A stretch of DNA of 64,000 bases, taken from Candidatus Iainarchaeum sp. Lineage in GTDB: Archaea > Iainarchaeota > Iainarchaeia > Iainarchaeales > DTGL01. This document shows, one piece after another, positions 8,737 through 19,015 of the stretch. The notes beneath the pieces are model-generated. The model ran no database searches. It was not told the origin of the DNA and worked only from the letters and a program-made list of their open reading frames with translations. Made by a program: the position numbers and the translations under genes. Numbering within the stretch: the first letter of the stretch is position 1; every line of letters starts with the position of its first letter. The stretch covers positions 21,002 through 85,001 of the forward strand of contig JAOAJX010000003.1 in NCBI GenBank assembly GCA_026413945.1, read 5' to 3'.

Positions 8737-10047
8737 ATGGTCGAACTGTGGACTGAAAAGTATGCACCTAAAAAATGGTGTGATTTTATAGGAAATAGCC
8801 AAGCAGTGGCACAAATCAAAGAGTGGGCTGAATCCTGGCAGAAAGGAATTCCGCAAAAGCCAATTATATTGCATGGTCCTGTTGGCAACGGCAAAACAAC
8901 GCTTGCCTCCTTATGTGCCAAAGAGATGGGTTGGCAACTTTTTGAAATGAACGCCAGCGACTTTCGCACCAAGGAACTTATAGAGAAATTTGCAGGCAAT
9001 GCTGCGCAAGGTGCTTCGCTTTTCGGCTCTTTGCGCCTCATATTGCTAGATGAAGTTGATGGTCTACAGGCACAAGATAAAGGGGGTGCTGAAGCAATCG
9101 CAAAACTAATTAAAGATTCAAAAAATCCAATTATGCTTACGGCAAATGACATATATGAAAATAAGAAGCTTCTGCCAATCAGGGCAGGATGCGAAATAAT
9201 AAAAATGGATAGAGTTGCCCACCCACAAATATTTGCTTTACTTAAGAAGATTTGCATATCGGAAAAACTTGCTTTTGAGGAAGCAGCGCTTGAGCTTTTG
9301 GCAAAAAATTCCGCTGGAGATATTAGGGCAGCAATACTCGATTTGCAAACACTTTCTTTTTCAGGCCATATTACAGTTGATACAGTTAAACTTCTGAGCT
9401 ACAGAGAACGCGGGCAAAACATATTTAACGTTATGGCAATGATACTTAAAGCAAAAAAAATCCAAGAAGTACGCAATTCAAGGGTGCAATCAGATGTTGA
9501 TGATGAGATGCTTATAGCTTGGATATCTGAAAATATACCATTGCAATATGACCCAATTGATACTGCAAGCGCAATGAATCAGCTTTCTTTAGCAGATGTT
9601 TTTGATGGTCGCATACTAAAGAGACAATACTATGGCCTCAAGCGCTATGTTTCAGACTTGGCAACAGCTTGCGCAGCGCTAAGCCGTAGCAAAGAATACC
9701 GTGGCTGGGTAAAATACCAATTTCCCAAATTTATAAATGAACTCAGCAAAAGCTCAGAGCAAAGAGCCATAAAGAAGAGCATATGCAAAAAAATAGCTGT
9801 TCAAATAAATGAGTCAGCCAAGAGCGTTGCACAGAATGAGCTCCCATTAATAATGCTTCTCTTTTCAGATAAGAAGCATGCAGCCTCACTAACCGCCTTG
9901 TTTGGCTTTGATGAGAAAGAAGTTTCTTTCTTATTACACGATAAAAAGTCAGATGATGTGCTTAAAATAATTGAAAGCGCAGAAGAAATTAAAGCAGACC
10001 TTCTCAAAGAAAAACTTCCCAAACTCAAAAAACTCAAAACCAAATAA
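8737..10047 (+). CDS. rfcL: Replication factor C large subunit
   Basis: LWTEKYAP, Walker A GPVGNGKTT, EMNASDFR, LDEVDGL, WISENIP. Confidence 0.95.
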   Translation: MVELWTEKYAPKKWCDFIGNSQAVAQIKEWAESWQKGIPQKPIILHGPVGNGKTTLASLCAKEMGWQLFEMNASDFRTKELIEKFAGNAAQGASLFGSLRLILLDEVDGLQAQDKGGAEAIAKLIKDSKNPIMLTANDIYENKKLLPIRAGCEIIKMDRVAHPQIFALLKKICISEKLAFEEAALELLAKNSAGDIRAAILDLQTLSFSGHITVDTVKLLSYRERGQNIFNVMAMILKAKKIQEVRNSRVQSDVDDEMLIAWISENIPLQYDPIDTASAMNQLSLADVFDGRILKRQYYGLKRYVSDLATACAALSRSKEYRGWVKYQFPKFINELSKSSEQRAIKKSICKKIAVQINESAKSVAQNELPLIMLLFSDKKHAASLTALFGFDEKEVSFLLHDKKSDDVLKIIESAEEIKADLLKEKLPKLKKLKTK

Positions 10048-10094
10048 TTCAAACAAAATGGAAAAAACCACTATCCTTCCCTTCGAAAAATTCT

Positions 10095-11057
10095 TTACTG
10101 CTTACCTAGTTTCACTGCAAACGCTTTTAAAAATGCAAGTTTTCTTTCTTTGTTTGCTTCATATCGATAATCCCAACTTATACTTTGACCCAAAGGATCC
10201 GAAACAAAGAAAGAGATTATGCTATCGTGCTTTATACAAATACCACTCAAGCAGCATTTTGGCTTTTCTCCAATATCGCAGTTCCAATCTTCAGCAACTT
10301 TTTTGCGTATGCCTTCAAAACTTATATTATTCAAGCCAGAAACGTTTAGGAAGTTCTTGTGTGCAGTGAGCTCATAAATATTGAATTCTGTATAGGCAAG
10401 ACTTATAGAATCCGGTTTTTCTCTCTTGAAAGTTATTTCTGTTAATTTTGCACTCTTTACCGAAGTTGGGATTTTTTCAAAAACTGAATTTTCAAAGTTT
10501 TTGCCTTCCATATATCTTATGCTTTTTACTGTTTCAAAGTAGGGCTCACAGAGAAACCCTGTGTTTAAGTCAGATTTTATTTTGTAGCCTCTTATGCACT
10601 CTTTTCCAGTCGCAACCATTCTTGAGTTACTGTCAAATCCACTAACTTGTCCATGAAGCAATATGCTTATCCCGCAACTTGCATCTTCTCCTGTTTCAAG
10701 GAGTAGCTCAACATTACAATCTTTTAAAGATCCGCTTCCTTTCCTTTCTGGTTTCCTTAAGGCAAAAACCATCATAATGTTCGAATCTTCCACCACTTCC
10801 GAGAAATATAAATCACATGAAACACCACTTTTTTCAATTATCCCCCTATCTTTATAACAAATTATTTCTTTTGCGTCAAAGAGTAAAATTCCACTCTCTT
10901 TAATCCTGTTTAGGTCTTCTGCCAACAGCGGCAATCCAACATTTTTGTTTTTTGAGAGCTCTTCAAATGGTGCAATGTAAAAAAGGTTATTAAAAAAGCA
11001 AAACAGGAAAAAAGCAAAAACAAATACCATAACAACTGAACCAAAATATTCTTTCAT
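10095..11057 (-). CDS. Hypothetical N-terminally anchored, Cys-containing protein
   Basis: ORF track 10095-11069; ATG at 11057 overlaps the upstream stop (ATGA); N-terminal TM. Confidence 0.6.
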   Translation of the reverse strand: MKEYFGSVVMVFVFAFFLFCFFNNLFYIAPFEELSKNKNVGLPLLAEDLNRIKESGILLFDAKEIICYKDRGIIEKSGVSCDLYFSEVVEDSNIMMVFALRKPERKGSGSLKDCNVELLLETGEDASCGISILLHGQVSGFDSNSRMVATGKECIRGYKIKSDLNTGFLCEPYFETVKSIRYMEGKNFENSVFEKIPTSVKSAKLTEITFKREKPDSISLAYTEFNIYELTAHKNFLNVSGLNNISFEGIRKKVAEDWNCDIGEKPKCCLSGICIKHDSIISFFVSDPLGQSISWDYRYEANKERKLAFLKAFAVKLGKQ

Positions 11058-11719
11058 AACGATACCCAAAAATGGTTGTACAATGCAAGAAAGAGAATTA
11101 GGTTATATGTGCCATGCAGCCACATCGCAGAAATAAGGCCTTCCTTTAAGAAATGTTTACCTATTATTGTGCCAACCAAAAAAGTTGCAATTATAATACC
11201 AAAATCTCTATATGATGAAACCACGCCCAGAGTATGCGAAATTCCAAAAGCTATAGAGCTGAATAACAAAGCTGTTGCTGTGGAATGCTTAAAATTGAAA
11301 AGCTCAAGTATTTTTTTTGTCTTATCAAGCAAAAACCATCTAAATATAAATTCCTCCAAAATGGGTGCAGTAAGCAATATAATGAATATAGACTTGCTAT
11401 CATACCTAAAATCACTTATATTCTCAACCTCTGCGCCAAAAACATAGTAAAAAAATAGGCTTACAATAAATACTACAAAGAAGCAAATTAGCAATGGTCT
11501 GCCCATTTTCGAAAAAAAGCCAAATATTTTTAAAGCGGCCTCATTTGAATTTCCTACATTGTTTTTTTCAAATATAAAAATTACTATAAGACTACCCCAA
11601 AAACTCAAAAACATTGCAATGCCAAAGTAGCCACCTAAGAATGAGAGATAAAGAAATACAAGGGCTAATAAGAAGAATGTTTTTTGAAAATTGTCAAACC
11701 CTTGCCGATGGCTCATCAA
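11054..11719 (-). CDS. CPBP/Abi (CAAX protease-like) intramembrane metalloprotease
   Basis: APILEEFIFR, FGISH and HGTYN motifs; multi-TM. Confidence 0.88.
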   Translation of the reverse strand: MMSHRQGFDNFQKTFFLLALVFLYLSFLGGYFGIAMFLSFWGSLIVIFIFEKNNVGNSNEAALKIFGFFSKMGRPLLICFFVVFIVSLFFYYVFGAEVENISDFRYDSKSIFIILLTAPILEEFIFRWFLLDKTKKILELFNFKHSTATALLFSSIAFGISHTLGVVSSYRDFGIIIATFLVGTIIGKHFLKEGLISAMWLHGTYNLILFLALYNHFWVSL

Positions 11720-11725
11720 CGATCC

Positions 11726-13369
11726 CTATAGCTCCATTTCCAGTGCAACTACTGGCACATCTAAGTTGAAGTTTTTCATAACTTCTTTACTAACAACTCC
11801 AAAAATTGCACCTTTATTGTCTATTAATGCTCTTGCGCAAAGACCCTTTTCGAAAGATGGGTGTTCTACTTTTTCAACAACAGACTTATAACCCATAGCG
11901 CAGCATATTGCATCAAATATTGCTTTAATCTCATTGAAGTCAGCTTTTCTGTGCGAGACTATTACCGAAACAAGCTCTTTTTCTTCAACAAATTCTTCAT
12001 TGCTAGAGCGTTTCTTCAAGGCCACTTTTCCAACTTCAAATATCTTTTGCGGATATTCACGATGCTTATTTTTTGCAAGAACAGATAGTAACTCTGGCAT
12101 TAAGCTTCTCCTAAATATAGAATACTCATTAGATAGTGGGTTTTCAAGCTCAACAATATTTTCTTCTGAAAGTAACATATTTCTGCACTGCCTTTCTTTT
12201 GAGGTCAGTGTGAACGTAAGCACCTCCTGAATTCCAAGACCAATGCAAGCTTCTCTCATGGTTTTTGTATAATTGTGCAAAGGTAATTCAGCTCCTTTTG
12301 AAGGCACTTGTGCTTTCTCTAGCCTTAACTTGTTATAATCAGCAGCTATAAGAATATCTTCAACTATATCAACTGCATGCATTATATCTGCCCGGTACGA
12401 GCAATATTTGAATTCAAAACATTTTTTCTTTGGGCGGCAATACATTCTTTTCATGTTTGCATACTTTTTAATCTCATCTCTCTTGAAATTCAGGCCGGCT
12501 ATGTTTTCAATAAGCTCAGTTGAAACAATTATCTTTTTTGGCTCAAGCATTGGCGTAATGATTTGTTTGTCTTTGTACTCAACAGTCACGCTTTCGATTT
12601 TAGCGCCCCTATCGTGTAATGCGGCACAAACTATGTCTAATGCAGTATTTATTACTTTCTGATCAAAACCAGTTACGTCAACGAAAAGATTTCTTGTGTG
12701 AATAGTAACTTTGCCGGAGTATTCTGAATTTATTACCGGTGGCATTGAAAGCACTTCGCCTTTTTCATCTACTAGCAAAGGATACTTTTCAAAACCACTC
12801 AATAATTTACCATATTCCTGCCCTTTTGGGTGCTTTTTGAGGATTTCTTCCAAGCTTAATTCTTCATTAAAATCCAATGGTATGAAACTTGTTTTTGGAT
12901 TTGCAGCATAATACCTTAAATTTCCAGATACTTTATCATAATCAAATAGCCCTATTGCTATCTCTTTTCTTTTTCTGCCAAACGTTTCACATATCTTTTC
13001 CTGAAGCTGGATCATCTGCTTAAGTAAATGTTCTGTAACTTTTACATTTTTTGCAATTGCATATGCCCCTCTAGGTCTTATGTTCAAGAGATTTGGATCT
13101 ACTTTAACTTTAACATTGCTTCTTTTAATTTTGAATTTAGGCAAACCTATTTTTATACCATAAAAGCCTTGAAGTTCCCGTACAATACCTTCAACACTAA
13201 GCAGATCTGGTCTATTAGTATCTTTTATCTCTATTTTAAGCAGATCCCCCTGCATATCTTCAATATCTGCCTTTACAAAAGGCATTGCTCTGTCTTTAAG
13301 CTCATCTGCACCAAGCTTTTTACCCAATAACATTTCAAGATCTTTTTTGCTAATCTCTATTGTTGGCAT
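11726..13369 (-). CDS. pheT: Phenylalanyl-tRNA synthetase beta subunit
   Basis: MPTIEI start, NRPDLLSVEG, LSMPPVINS, RADIMHAVDIVED. Confidence 0.97.
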   Translation of the reverse strand: MPTIEISKKDLEMLLGKKLGADELKDRAMPFVKADIEDMQGDLLKIEIKDTNRPDLLSVEGIVRELQGFYGIKIGLPKFKIKRSNVKVKVDPNLLNIRPRGAYAIAKNVKVTEHLLKQMIQLQEKICETFGRKRKEIAIGLFDYDKVSGNLRYYAANPKTSFIPLDFNEELSLEEILKKHPKGQEYGKLLSGFEKYPLLVDEKGEVLSMPPVINSEYSGKVTIHTRNLFVDVTGFDQKVINTALDIVCAALHDRGAKIESVTVEYKDKQIITPMLEPKKIIVSTELIENIAGLNFKRDEIKKYANMKRMYCRPKKKCFEFKYCSYRADIMHAVDIVEDILIAADYNKLRLEKAQVPSKGAELPLHNYTKTMREACIGLGIQEVLTFTLTSKERQCRNMLLSEENIVELENPLSNEYSIFRRSLMPELLSVLAKNKHREYPQKIFEVGKVALKKRSSNEEFVEEKELVSVIVSHRKADFNEIKAIFDAICCAMGYKSVVEKVEHPSFEKGLCARALIDNKGAIFGVVSKEVMKNFNLDVPVVALEMEL

Positions 13370-13370
13370 T

Positions 13371-14828
13371 TCACAACCTCACGATCTCATGGTTTCTGAG
13401 CCAATCAAGATCTGTGCTGAATAAATCTCGCATGTCATCAATCCCAAGCTTAAACATAGCTAACCTATCAATTCCAAGACCCCACGCAAGCACATTACAT
13501 TTTATTCCTAAAGGCCTTACCACTTCAGGCCTAAAAAGGCCGGCACCACCAAACTCAATCCATCCAAGTATAGGGTGCCTTGCTGATAACTCAACACTTG
13601 GCTCAGTGAAAGGATAATAATCTGGCTTGAATCTTACTTCGCTAGCTCCGGCTATTTCCTCCGCAAACTCTTTAAGTATTCCAAGCAGATGCCTGAAACT
13701 AAGATTAGCAACTATTATGCCTTCAAGCTGGTTGAATTCCATCAAGTGTGTTTTGTCTATTTTATCAGGCCTATAGCATCTCGCTATAGCGAAGTATTTT
13801 TGTGGAATTTCAACACCTTTTACCATTTGCCTTGCGCTATGTGCAGTACCATGTGCTGCTGGCATTAAACGCATCGCGAGTTCAGCATTCCATCTATAGC
13901 CCCAACCAATGCTGCCTGTGCTGGCACCATTTTCATGTGCTTCCTTGATTGCTTCCACTATTTCAGGAGCCGGAAGTTTTCCATATCTTGGACTTTTAAG
14001 GCGAAAAGTGCTAGCCCAATCCCTTGCCGGATGATTTTGTGGCTGAAAAAGCACGTCAAAGTTGTAAAATTCTTCCACTATTAGTGGGCTTTCCATCTCC
14101 TTAAAACCCATTGCAACAAGCTTAGACCTTACTTCATCAAGAAATCTTGCATATGGCTGTTTCTTGCCTAAAAAAATCCTTTGGACTGCAACATTTAGAT
14201 TATATTCTCTCACATCAACTTTCTTTGAGATTTCAAGTGCCTTTAAACCTCTTTCATTTATTTTTGCACACAAAATCGCTTTATTTTTCCTTTCCAAAAG
14301 GCCTCTTTTTAAGGCATCTGCAAACTCAAAGCTATTTTCATCAACTTTAAAACCACTTTTTATATCATTCAAAAGCAGCTTTGTTTTGTCACTTGCAAAA
14401 AAGCTGCTTTCAATTCCTGTTAGCACTATATTTTTCTCTTCATCAAGTACAACAATACTGTTGCGCTTTGCTTTTCCGAATGCAGCATCAAACTCAATCT
14501 TGCTTAAGCCACTCTCTTTAAGCAAAGAACCAAAATTAGCTTTTCCACCCAGTTTTTTGAGCGCTTCTATAAGCTTTTCTTCTGGCAATCCTTCTGAAAG
14601 CGCTTTAATGCCTTTTTCAGTAAGCGCTGGTTGTTTCTCCTCCATCTTTTCAAGCTCAACAAGTCCTTTTTCGCTCAGCCATGCAATAGCTCTCCTCACA
14701 GAATCGATGTTCAGCGAAGCTCTTTCAGCAATCTGATACTCATCAGATAAGTCGCCTTCTTTTAGTGCCTCAAGTGTGCTGACTTCTATTTTGCTTAGCG
14801 CTTTTGCAATATCTTCAATGTTTTTCAT
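13371..14828 (-). CDS. pheS: Phenylalanyl-tRNA synthetase alpha subunit
   Basis: FYNFDVLFQPQNHPARD, YYPFTEPS, AWGLGIDRLAM; likely start ATG 14828 (track 14852). Confidence 0.97.
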   Translation of the reverse strand: MKNIEDIAKALSKIEVSTLEALKEGDLSDEYQIAERASLNIDSVRRAIAWLSEKGLVELEKMEEKQPALTEKGIKALSEGLPEEKLIEALKKLGGKANFGSLLKESGLSKIEFDAAFGKAKRNSIVVLDEEKNIVLTGIESSFFASDKTKLLLNDIKSGFKVDENSFEFADALKRGLLERKNKAILCAKINERGLKALEISKKVDVREYNLNVAVQRIFLGKKQPYARFLDEVRSKLVAMGFKEMESPLIVEEFYNFDVLFQPQNHPARDWASTFRLKSPRYGKLPAPEIVEAIKEAHENGASTGSIGWGYRWNAELAMRLMPAAHGTAHSARQMVKGVEIPQKYFAIARCYRPDKIDKTHLMEFNQLEGIIVANLSFRHLLGILKEFAEEIAGASEVRFKPDYYPFTEPSVELSARHPILGWIEFGGAGLFRPEVVRPLGIKCNVLAWGLGIDRLAMFKLGIDDMRDLFSTDLDWLRNHEIVRL

Positions 14829-14959
14829 GTTAAACCAACACACAACACTCAAATGTTGCTTTCACATATATCTAAACGATTGAATGTTTATAATCTTTTT
14901 CTGTCAGTAGAAAACATTTAAAAGCAGAAAATATGGTGCCCTATGCATTAGCTAGTTTT

Positions 14960-16879
14960 CTAAGTTGCAGTAACTTTTCCTTTTATTCCTTTGGCTATCT
15001 CTATCTTTGGGAGGCCAACTATCATTTTTCTTAGCGAACTCATAAGCTTTTTCTTCGCACCTGTTTTTACGAGTGCGTTTTCAAGAACATCGTTAAGGGT
15101 TAAAACAGGTATTACTTTTATTTTCTTTAAATCTTCTTGTGGTATTACAATATCGGCAAGGTTTGCCTTAGGTATTATAACTTCCTTGAAACCAGCTTTT
15201 ATGGCTGCTTCAATTTTTGGTGTTATGCCACCCACTGGAAGAACTTCGCCACGAACTGATAAGGAGCCAGTCATTGCTAGACCTTGCTTAACTGGTATCC
15301 CCTCGAGCGCAGAGATGACTGCTGTCGCAACACTCACAGAAGCAGAATCACCTTCTACACCTTCATATGTCTGTATGAACTGTATGTGCAAATCATGTTT
15401 GCTTATGTCTTTGCCACTTACTTTTTTAATTATCGCTGAGACATTTTGGACAGCTTCTCTAGCAATTTCTCCAAGCTTTCCTGTTGCTATTATCTTGCCC
15501 TCTTCCTTCGAAGCCGCGGGTGCTATCTCTGCTTCTATTGGCAATACAAGGCCAGCGGAACCGTCTGGGCTAACCGCTAATCCATTCACCCGGCCCACTG
15601 CAAAACCACCAGTTATATATACCTCATAGTCTTTGCGGAACTCTATCAACTTCTCCATTATCTGCTGTTCGAGGGTTACCGCGGAATTCTTTGCTTCAAT
15701 TATATCTGATTTTTCAACAAATTCTTTGCCTTTGCTTTTGGCAATGTCACCAGCTGCCCTAACTAAACCTCCAAGATCTCTAAGTTTCAAAGTAAGTCTA
15801 TCTTTCCTGTGTGCTCTCTTCTTAGCTTCAAGTATTATTTCCTCAACAGCTTCTCTAGTGAAATGAGGTATCTTTCTATCTTTCTTAATCTCCTGAGCAA
15901 CAAACCTTACAAGCTTTGCTCTGTTTTCTGGTGTATCAGGCATGTCAAGGTTTAGGTAAATCTCATATCCATAGCCCCTTATTCTTGATCTAAGCGCAGG
16001 ATGTACTCTTGCTAAATCTTCATAGTTGCCAGCTGCTACAAGAACAAAATCACAAGGCACAGGATCTGTTCTAACCATTGATCCAGAGCTTAACTCGCTT
16101 TGCCCTGTTATCGCATATTTTTTCTCTTGCATAGCAGTTAGCAATTCCTGCTGTGACTTCATCGAAAGTGAGGCAATTTCATCTATAAAAAGCACACCTT
16201 TATGTGTTCTATGAATCATGCCTGGCTCCACGCGAAGATGTGCAGGCGTTCCTAAGCCACCGCTTTGCAATGGATCATGCCTCACGTCTCCAAGCAATGC
16301 GCCTGCTTTTGCGCCTGTTGCTTCTATGAAAGGCGCCATTGTTTTTCCAGAGTTATCAATTAGAAGCTTTGGTGTTGTTATTGCTTCCCTTGATTTCATC
16401 TGGGAGCTTAAAGCAGCAGCTATAAGGATAAAACCACCCAGAATCAATAATGCCGCATAAACAACATCAGGTATCCACTTAAGCTGCCATATTACAAAGC
16501 TGAAAATAAACCAAAGCAGTGGCAGAAGCAAAGAAAAAAGGCGCATTGAACTATCAGCTCGCATTGCCTCTATGCGCTCTTCATTGACAATTTCCTTGCC
16601 TTGGCCAGCCTTTACAACTCTTATTTTTGGGTTATTGGAGTCAACAGGATTTGGGTAAACGAGTATATCTTCAAGCTGCTCTACAGGCATTATTTCAGCC
16701 ATTGCTTGCGCAAGCATGCTTTTTCCAGTGCCAGGTTGACCTATGAGCAACACATTTCTGCGCTGTGCCGCAGCTTTTTTTATGATTTCTACTGCTTTCT
16801 CTTGCCCTATGACTTGCTCATAAAGATTATCTGGCACAGGTATTTCTGCCGTAGTCTTGTAGTTTTCAGGAATCTCCAT
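14960..16879 (-). CDS. lonB: Archaeal membrane-bound ATP-dependent protease LonB
   Basis: GQPGTGKS, TM insert, DVRHDPLQSGG, GDSASVS catalytic Ser. Confidence 0.97.
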   Translation of the reverse strand: MEIPENYKTTAEIPVPDNLYEQVIGQEKAVEIIKKAAAQRRNVLLIGQPGTGKSMLAQAMAEIMPVEQLEDILVYPNPVDSNNPKIRVVKAGQGKEIVNEERIEAMRADSSMRLFSLLLPLLWFIFSFVIWQLKWIPDVVYAALLILGGFILIAAALSSQMKSREAITTPKLLIDNSGKTMAPFIEATGAKAGALLGDVRHDPLQSGGLGTPAHLRVEPGMIHRTHKGVLFIDEIASLSMKSQQELLTAMQEKKYAITGQSELSSGSMVRTDPVPCDFVLVAAGNYEDLARVHPALRSRIRGYGYEIYLNLDMPDTPENRAKLVRFVAQEIKKDRKIPHFTREAVEEIILEAKKRAHRKDRLTLKLRDLGGLVRAAGDIAKSKGKEFVEKSDIIEAKNSAVTLEQQIMEKLIEFRKDYEVYITGGFAVGRVNGLAVSPDGSAGLVLPIEAEIAPAASKEEGKIIATGKLGEIAREAVQNVSAIIKKVSGKDISKHDLHIQFIQTYEGVEGDSASVSVATAVISALEGIPVKQGLAMTGSLSVRGEVLPVGGITPKIEAAIKAGFKEVIIPKANLADIVIPQEDLKKIKVIPVLTLNDVLENALVKTGAKKKLMSSLRKMIVGLPKIEIAKGIKGKVTAT

Positions 16880-16948
16880 AGAGAATCAAACTCGTAATAC
16901 ATTTTAGTATTGAAAAGTTAAAAAGGTTATCATTATGCAACTTTTTAA

Positions 16949-18004
16949 ATGAGGCAAAGGTTTTTTTCGGCACAAAAAAACTATGGGAGACATAGCTTTG
17001 ATCTAGCAAGAAAAAAATTTTCCAAAGATTGTTTATGTTGGCCAAGCCACGAAGCTTTAGAGCAAGCAACTCCTGAGCAAATCGCATTTTATAGGGCTTC
17101 AAGGCTTAAATGCGATGTTGCAGTTGATTTATGCTGTGGCATAGGCATGGATTCAATTGCTCTTGCAAAATACTGCAAAAAAGTCTATGCTGTTGATATT
17201 GATAATAAAGCTTTGATTTGCGCTAAAAATAATGCAAAATGCTGTGGTGTTGAAAATATAGAATTCATCCATGCCGATTGCTTTTCTCTAAATTTGAGAA
17301 AACTTAATGCTGATATCGTATTTGCTGATCCTTCGAGGCGTCTTGCAGGAAGGCGTGTAAAAAACCTCATGGAGACAAAACCAAGTGTAACTGAGTTAGT
17401 GAGATTCATAAATAAGCAGCGAATAAATGATTTTTGCATAGAGGTTTCGAGAGAGCTTGAGCCGGAAGAAATACCTTATGATTGCGAGATTGAATACATT
17501 TCTTTGAACAAGGAGCTTAACTGTGCAACACTTTACTTCGGTGCTTTGGCAAAATGCAAGCGCTCTGCTGTTTTGCTTCCTTCGCAAAAATGTTTATCCT
17601 CTGATTCAAAATTAAAGGAAAAAGCTGTTTTTCGTGAAGCACCAGACGAGTTCATTTATAGAATTGATGAAGGCATCATTAAAGCAGGCCTTTGGAAAGA
17701 ACTTCTAAAAGCTCTTGAAGTAAAAGCAAACCTTATCTCAGAGAATTATGCCACTTCAGGGAAATTCGTTCAAAGCGATTTTTTCAATAGCTCTTTTAGG
17801 GTATTGAGAAAAACAAGTGCAAAATTTCTTGTTTCTGAGCTAAACTCATTAAATGCTGGAAAGGCAGTATTCCACGGAAGGTTTTTGCCAGAGCTTCATG
17901 CACTATTGAAAGAAGATATGAAATCAAAGCTAAAAGGCACAAAAAAACTTCATGTGCTTTGTTTTAACAAAGACAATTATTTTCTCTGTGAAAAGCTTTA
18001 TTAA
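16949..18004 (+). CDS. Class I SAM-dependent methyltransferase with THUMP-like C-terminus
   Basis: ALEQATP, VDLCCGIGMD, FADPSRR. Confidence 0.8.
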   Translation: MRQRFFSAQKNYGRHSFDLARKKFSKDCLCWPSHEALEQATPEQIAFYRASRLKCDVAVDLCCGIGMDSIALAKYCKKVYAVDIDNKALICAKNNAKCCGVENIEFIHADCFSLNLRKLNADIVFADPSRRLAGRRVKNLMETKPSVTELVRFINKQRINDFCIEVSRELEPEEIPYDCEIEYISLNKELNCATLYFGALAKCKRSAVLLPSQKCLSSDSKLKEKAVFREAPDEFIYRIDEGIIKAGLWKELLKALEVKANLISENYATSGKFVQSDFFNSSFRVLRKTSAKFLVSELNSLNAGKAVFHGRFLPELHALLKEDMKSKLKGTKKLHVLCFNKDNYFLCEKLY

Positions 18005-18073
18005 ATTCAAAAGAAAGACGAATTGTTTTCTGAAAACAAAAGGTTAAAGTATTAACTTTGCATAACTGTTTTA

Positions 18074-19015
18074 ATGGAGCTAAAAATATTTTTTCTCGGT
18101 TCAGGTTGCTCTGCACCCACAAAAGCTAGAAACCTGACAAGCATAGCTATGCAATATTCTGGCAAGGTTTTTCTTTTTGATTGTGCAGAAGGCACACAAC
18201 AACAGATGATGCGTGCCAATGTAAGCTACATGAAATTGGATAGCATATTTTTTAGTCATTTTCATGCAGACCACTTTTTAGGCCTTCCAGGGCTTTTAGC
18301 AACGATGACTATGTATGAGCGCGACATGCCTCTAAACATCTATGGGCCCAAAAGCGTTGAAAAAAAGGTTGCGCTTGCAATAGAAATTGCAGGCATAATG
18401 CCATGCTTTAAAATAAATACTTTTGAAATAAAGAAAGGTTTTTTGCTCAGAGGCGATAATTTTACAATAAGCGCCTTTCCACTAAAGCACAACACTTCTT
18501 GTTATGGCTTCACTTTTAAAGAAAACGATAAAATAGCAGAGTTTGTAAAGGAAAAAGCCATTGCTTTGGGTATTCCCGAAGGGCCTTTGTTTGCCAAATT
18601 ACAGCATGGTGAAGCAGTGAAATTTGGCTCAAAAACAATTAAGCCGGAAGAAGTTCTTGATTACTCAAAAGGCCGCCGAGGAAGAAAGGTAAGCATTGTG
18701 CTTGATACAAGGCCTCACGAGTCATATATTGAGAATATTGCTGCTAGCGATATTCTTATACATGAGTCAGTTTTTGCAAGCATCGATATGGATCGCGCTC
18801 TAGATACAGCACATAGCACTGCTTTAGAGGTTGCAGAATTGGCAAATAAGGCGAAATGCAAAAAGCTTTACCTTACGCATTTCTCAACAAGATATGAAAA
18901 GCTTGATGCTTTGCTTAAAGAAGCACGCGAAGTTTTTCCCGAAACCCACATTGGTAAAGATCTCCTCATAGTGAATTTGCCTCTTAACCCAAAAGAGCGA
19001 GTAGTTGATAACTGA
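18074..19015 (+). CDS. rnz: Ribonuclease Z
   Basis: FDCAEGTQ, SHFHADH, exosite GIPEGPLF, HST, THFSTRY. Confidence 0.96.
   Translation: MELKIFFLGSGCSAPTKARNLTSIAMQYSGKVFLFDCAEGTQQQMMRANVSYMKLDSIFFSHFHADHFLGLPGLLATMTMYERDMPLNIYGPKSVEKKVALAIEIAGIMPCFKINTFEIKKGFLLRGDNFTISAFPLKHNTSCYGFTFKENDKIAEFVKEKAIALGIPEGPLFAKLQHGEAVKFGSKTIKPEEVLDYSKGRRGRKVSIVLDTRPHESYIENIAASDILIHESVFASIDMDRALDTAHSTALEVAELANKAKCKKLYLTHFSTRYEKLDALLKEAREVFPETHIGKDLLIVNLPLNPKERVVDN

Noticed and set aside
14991-16460. Long antisense ORFs over lonB (similarly over rfcL, pheS and ppsA)
   Set aside because: Shadow ORFs mirroring the codon pattern of conserved genes; no motifs or SD
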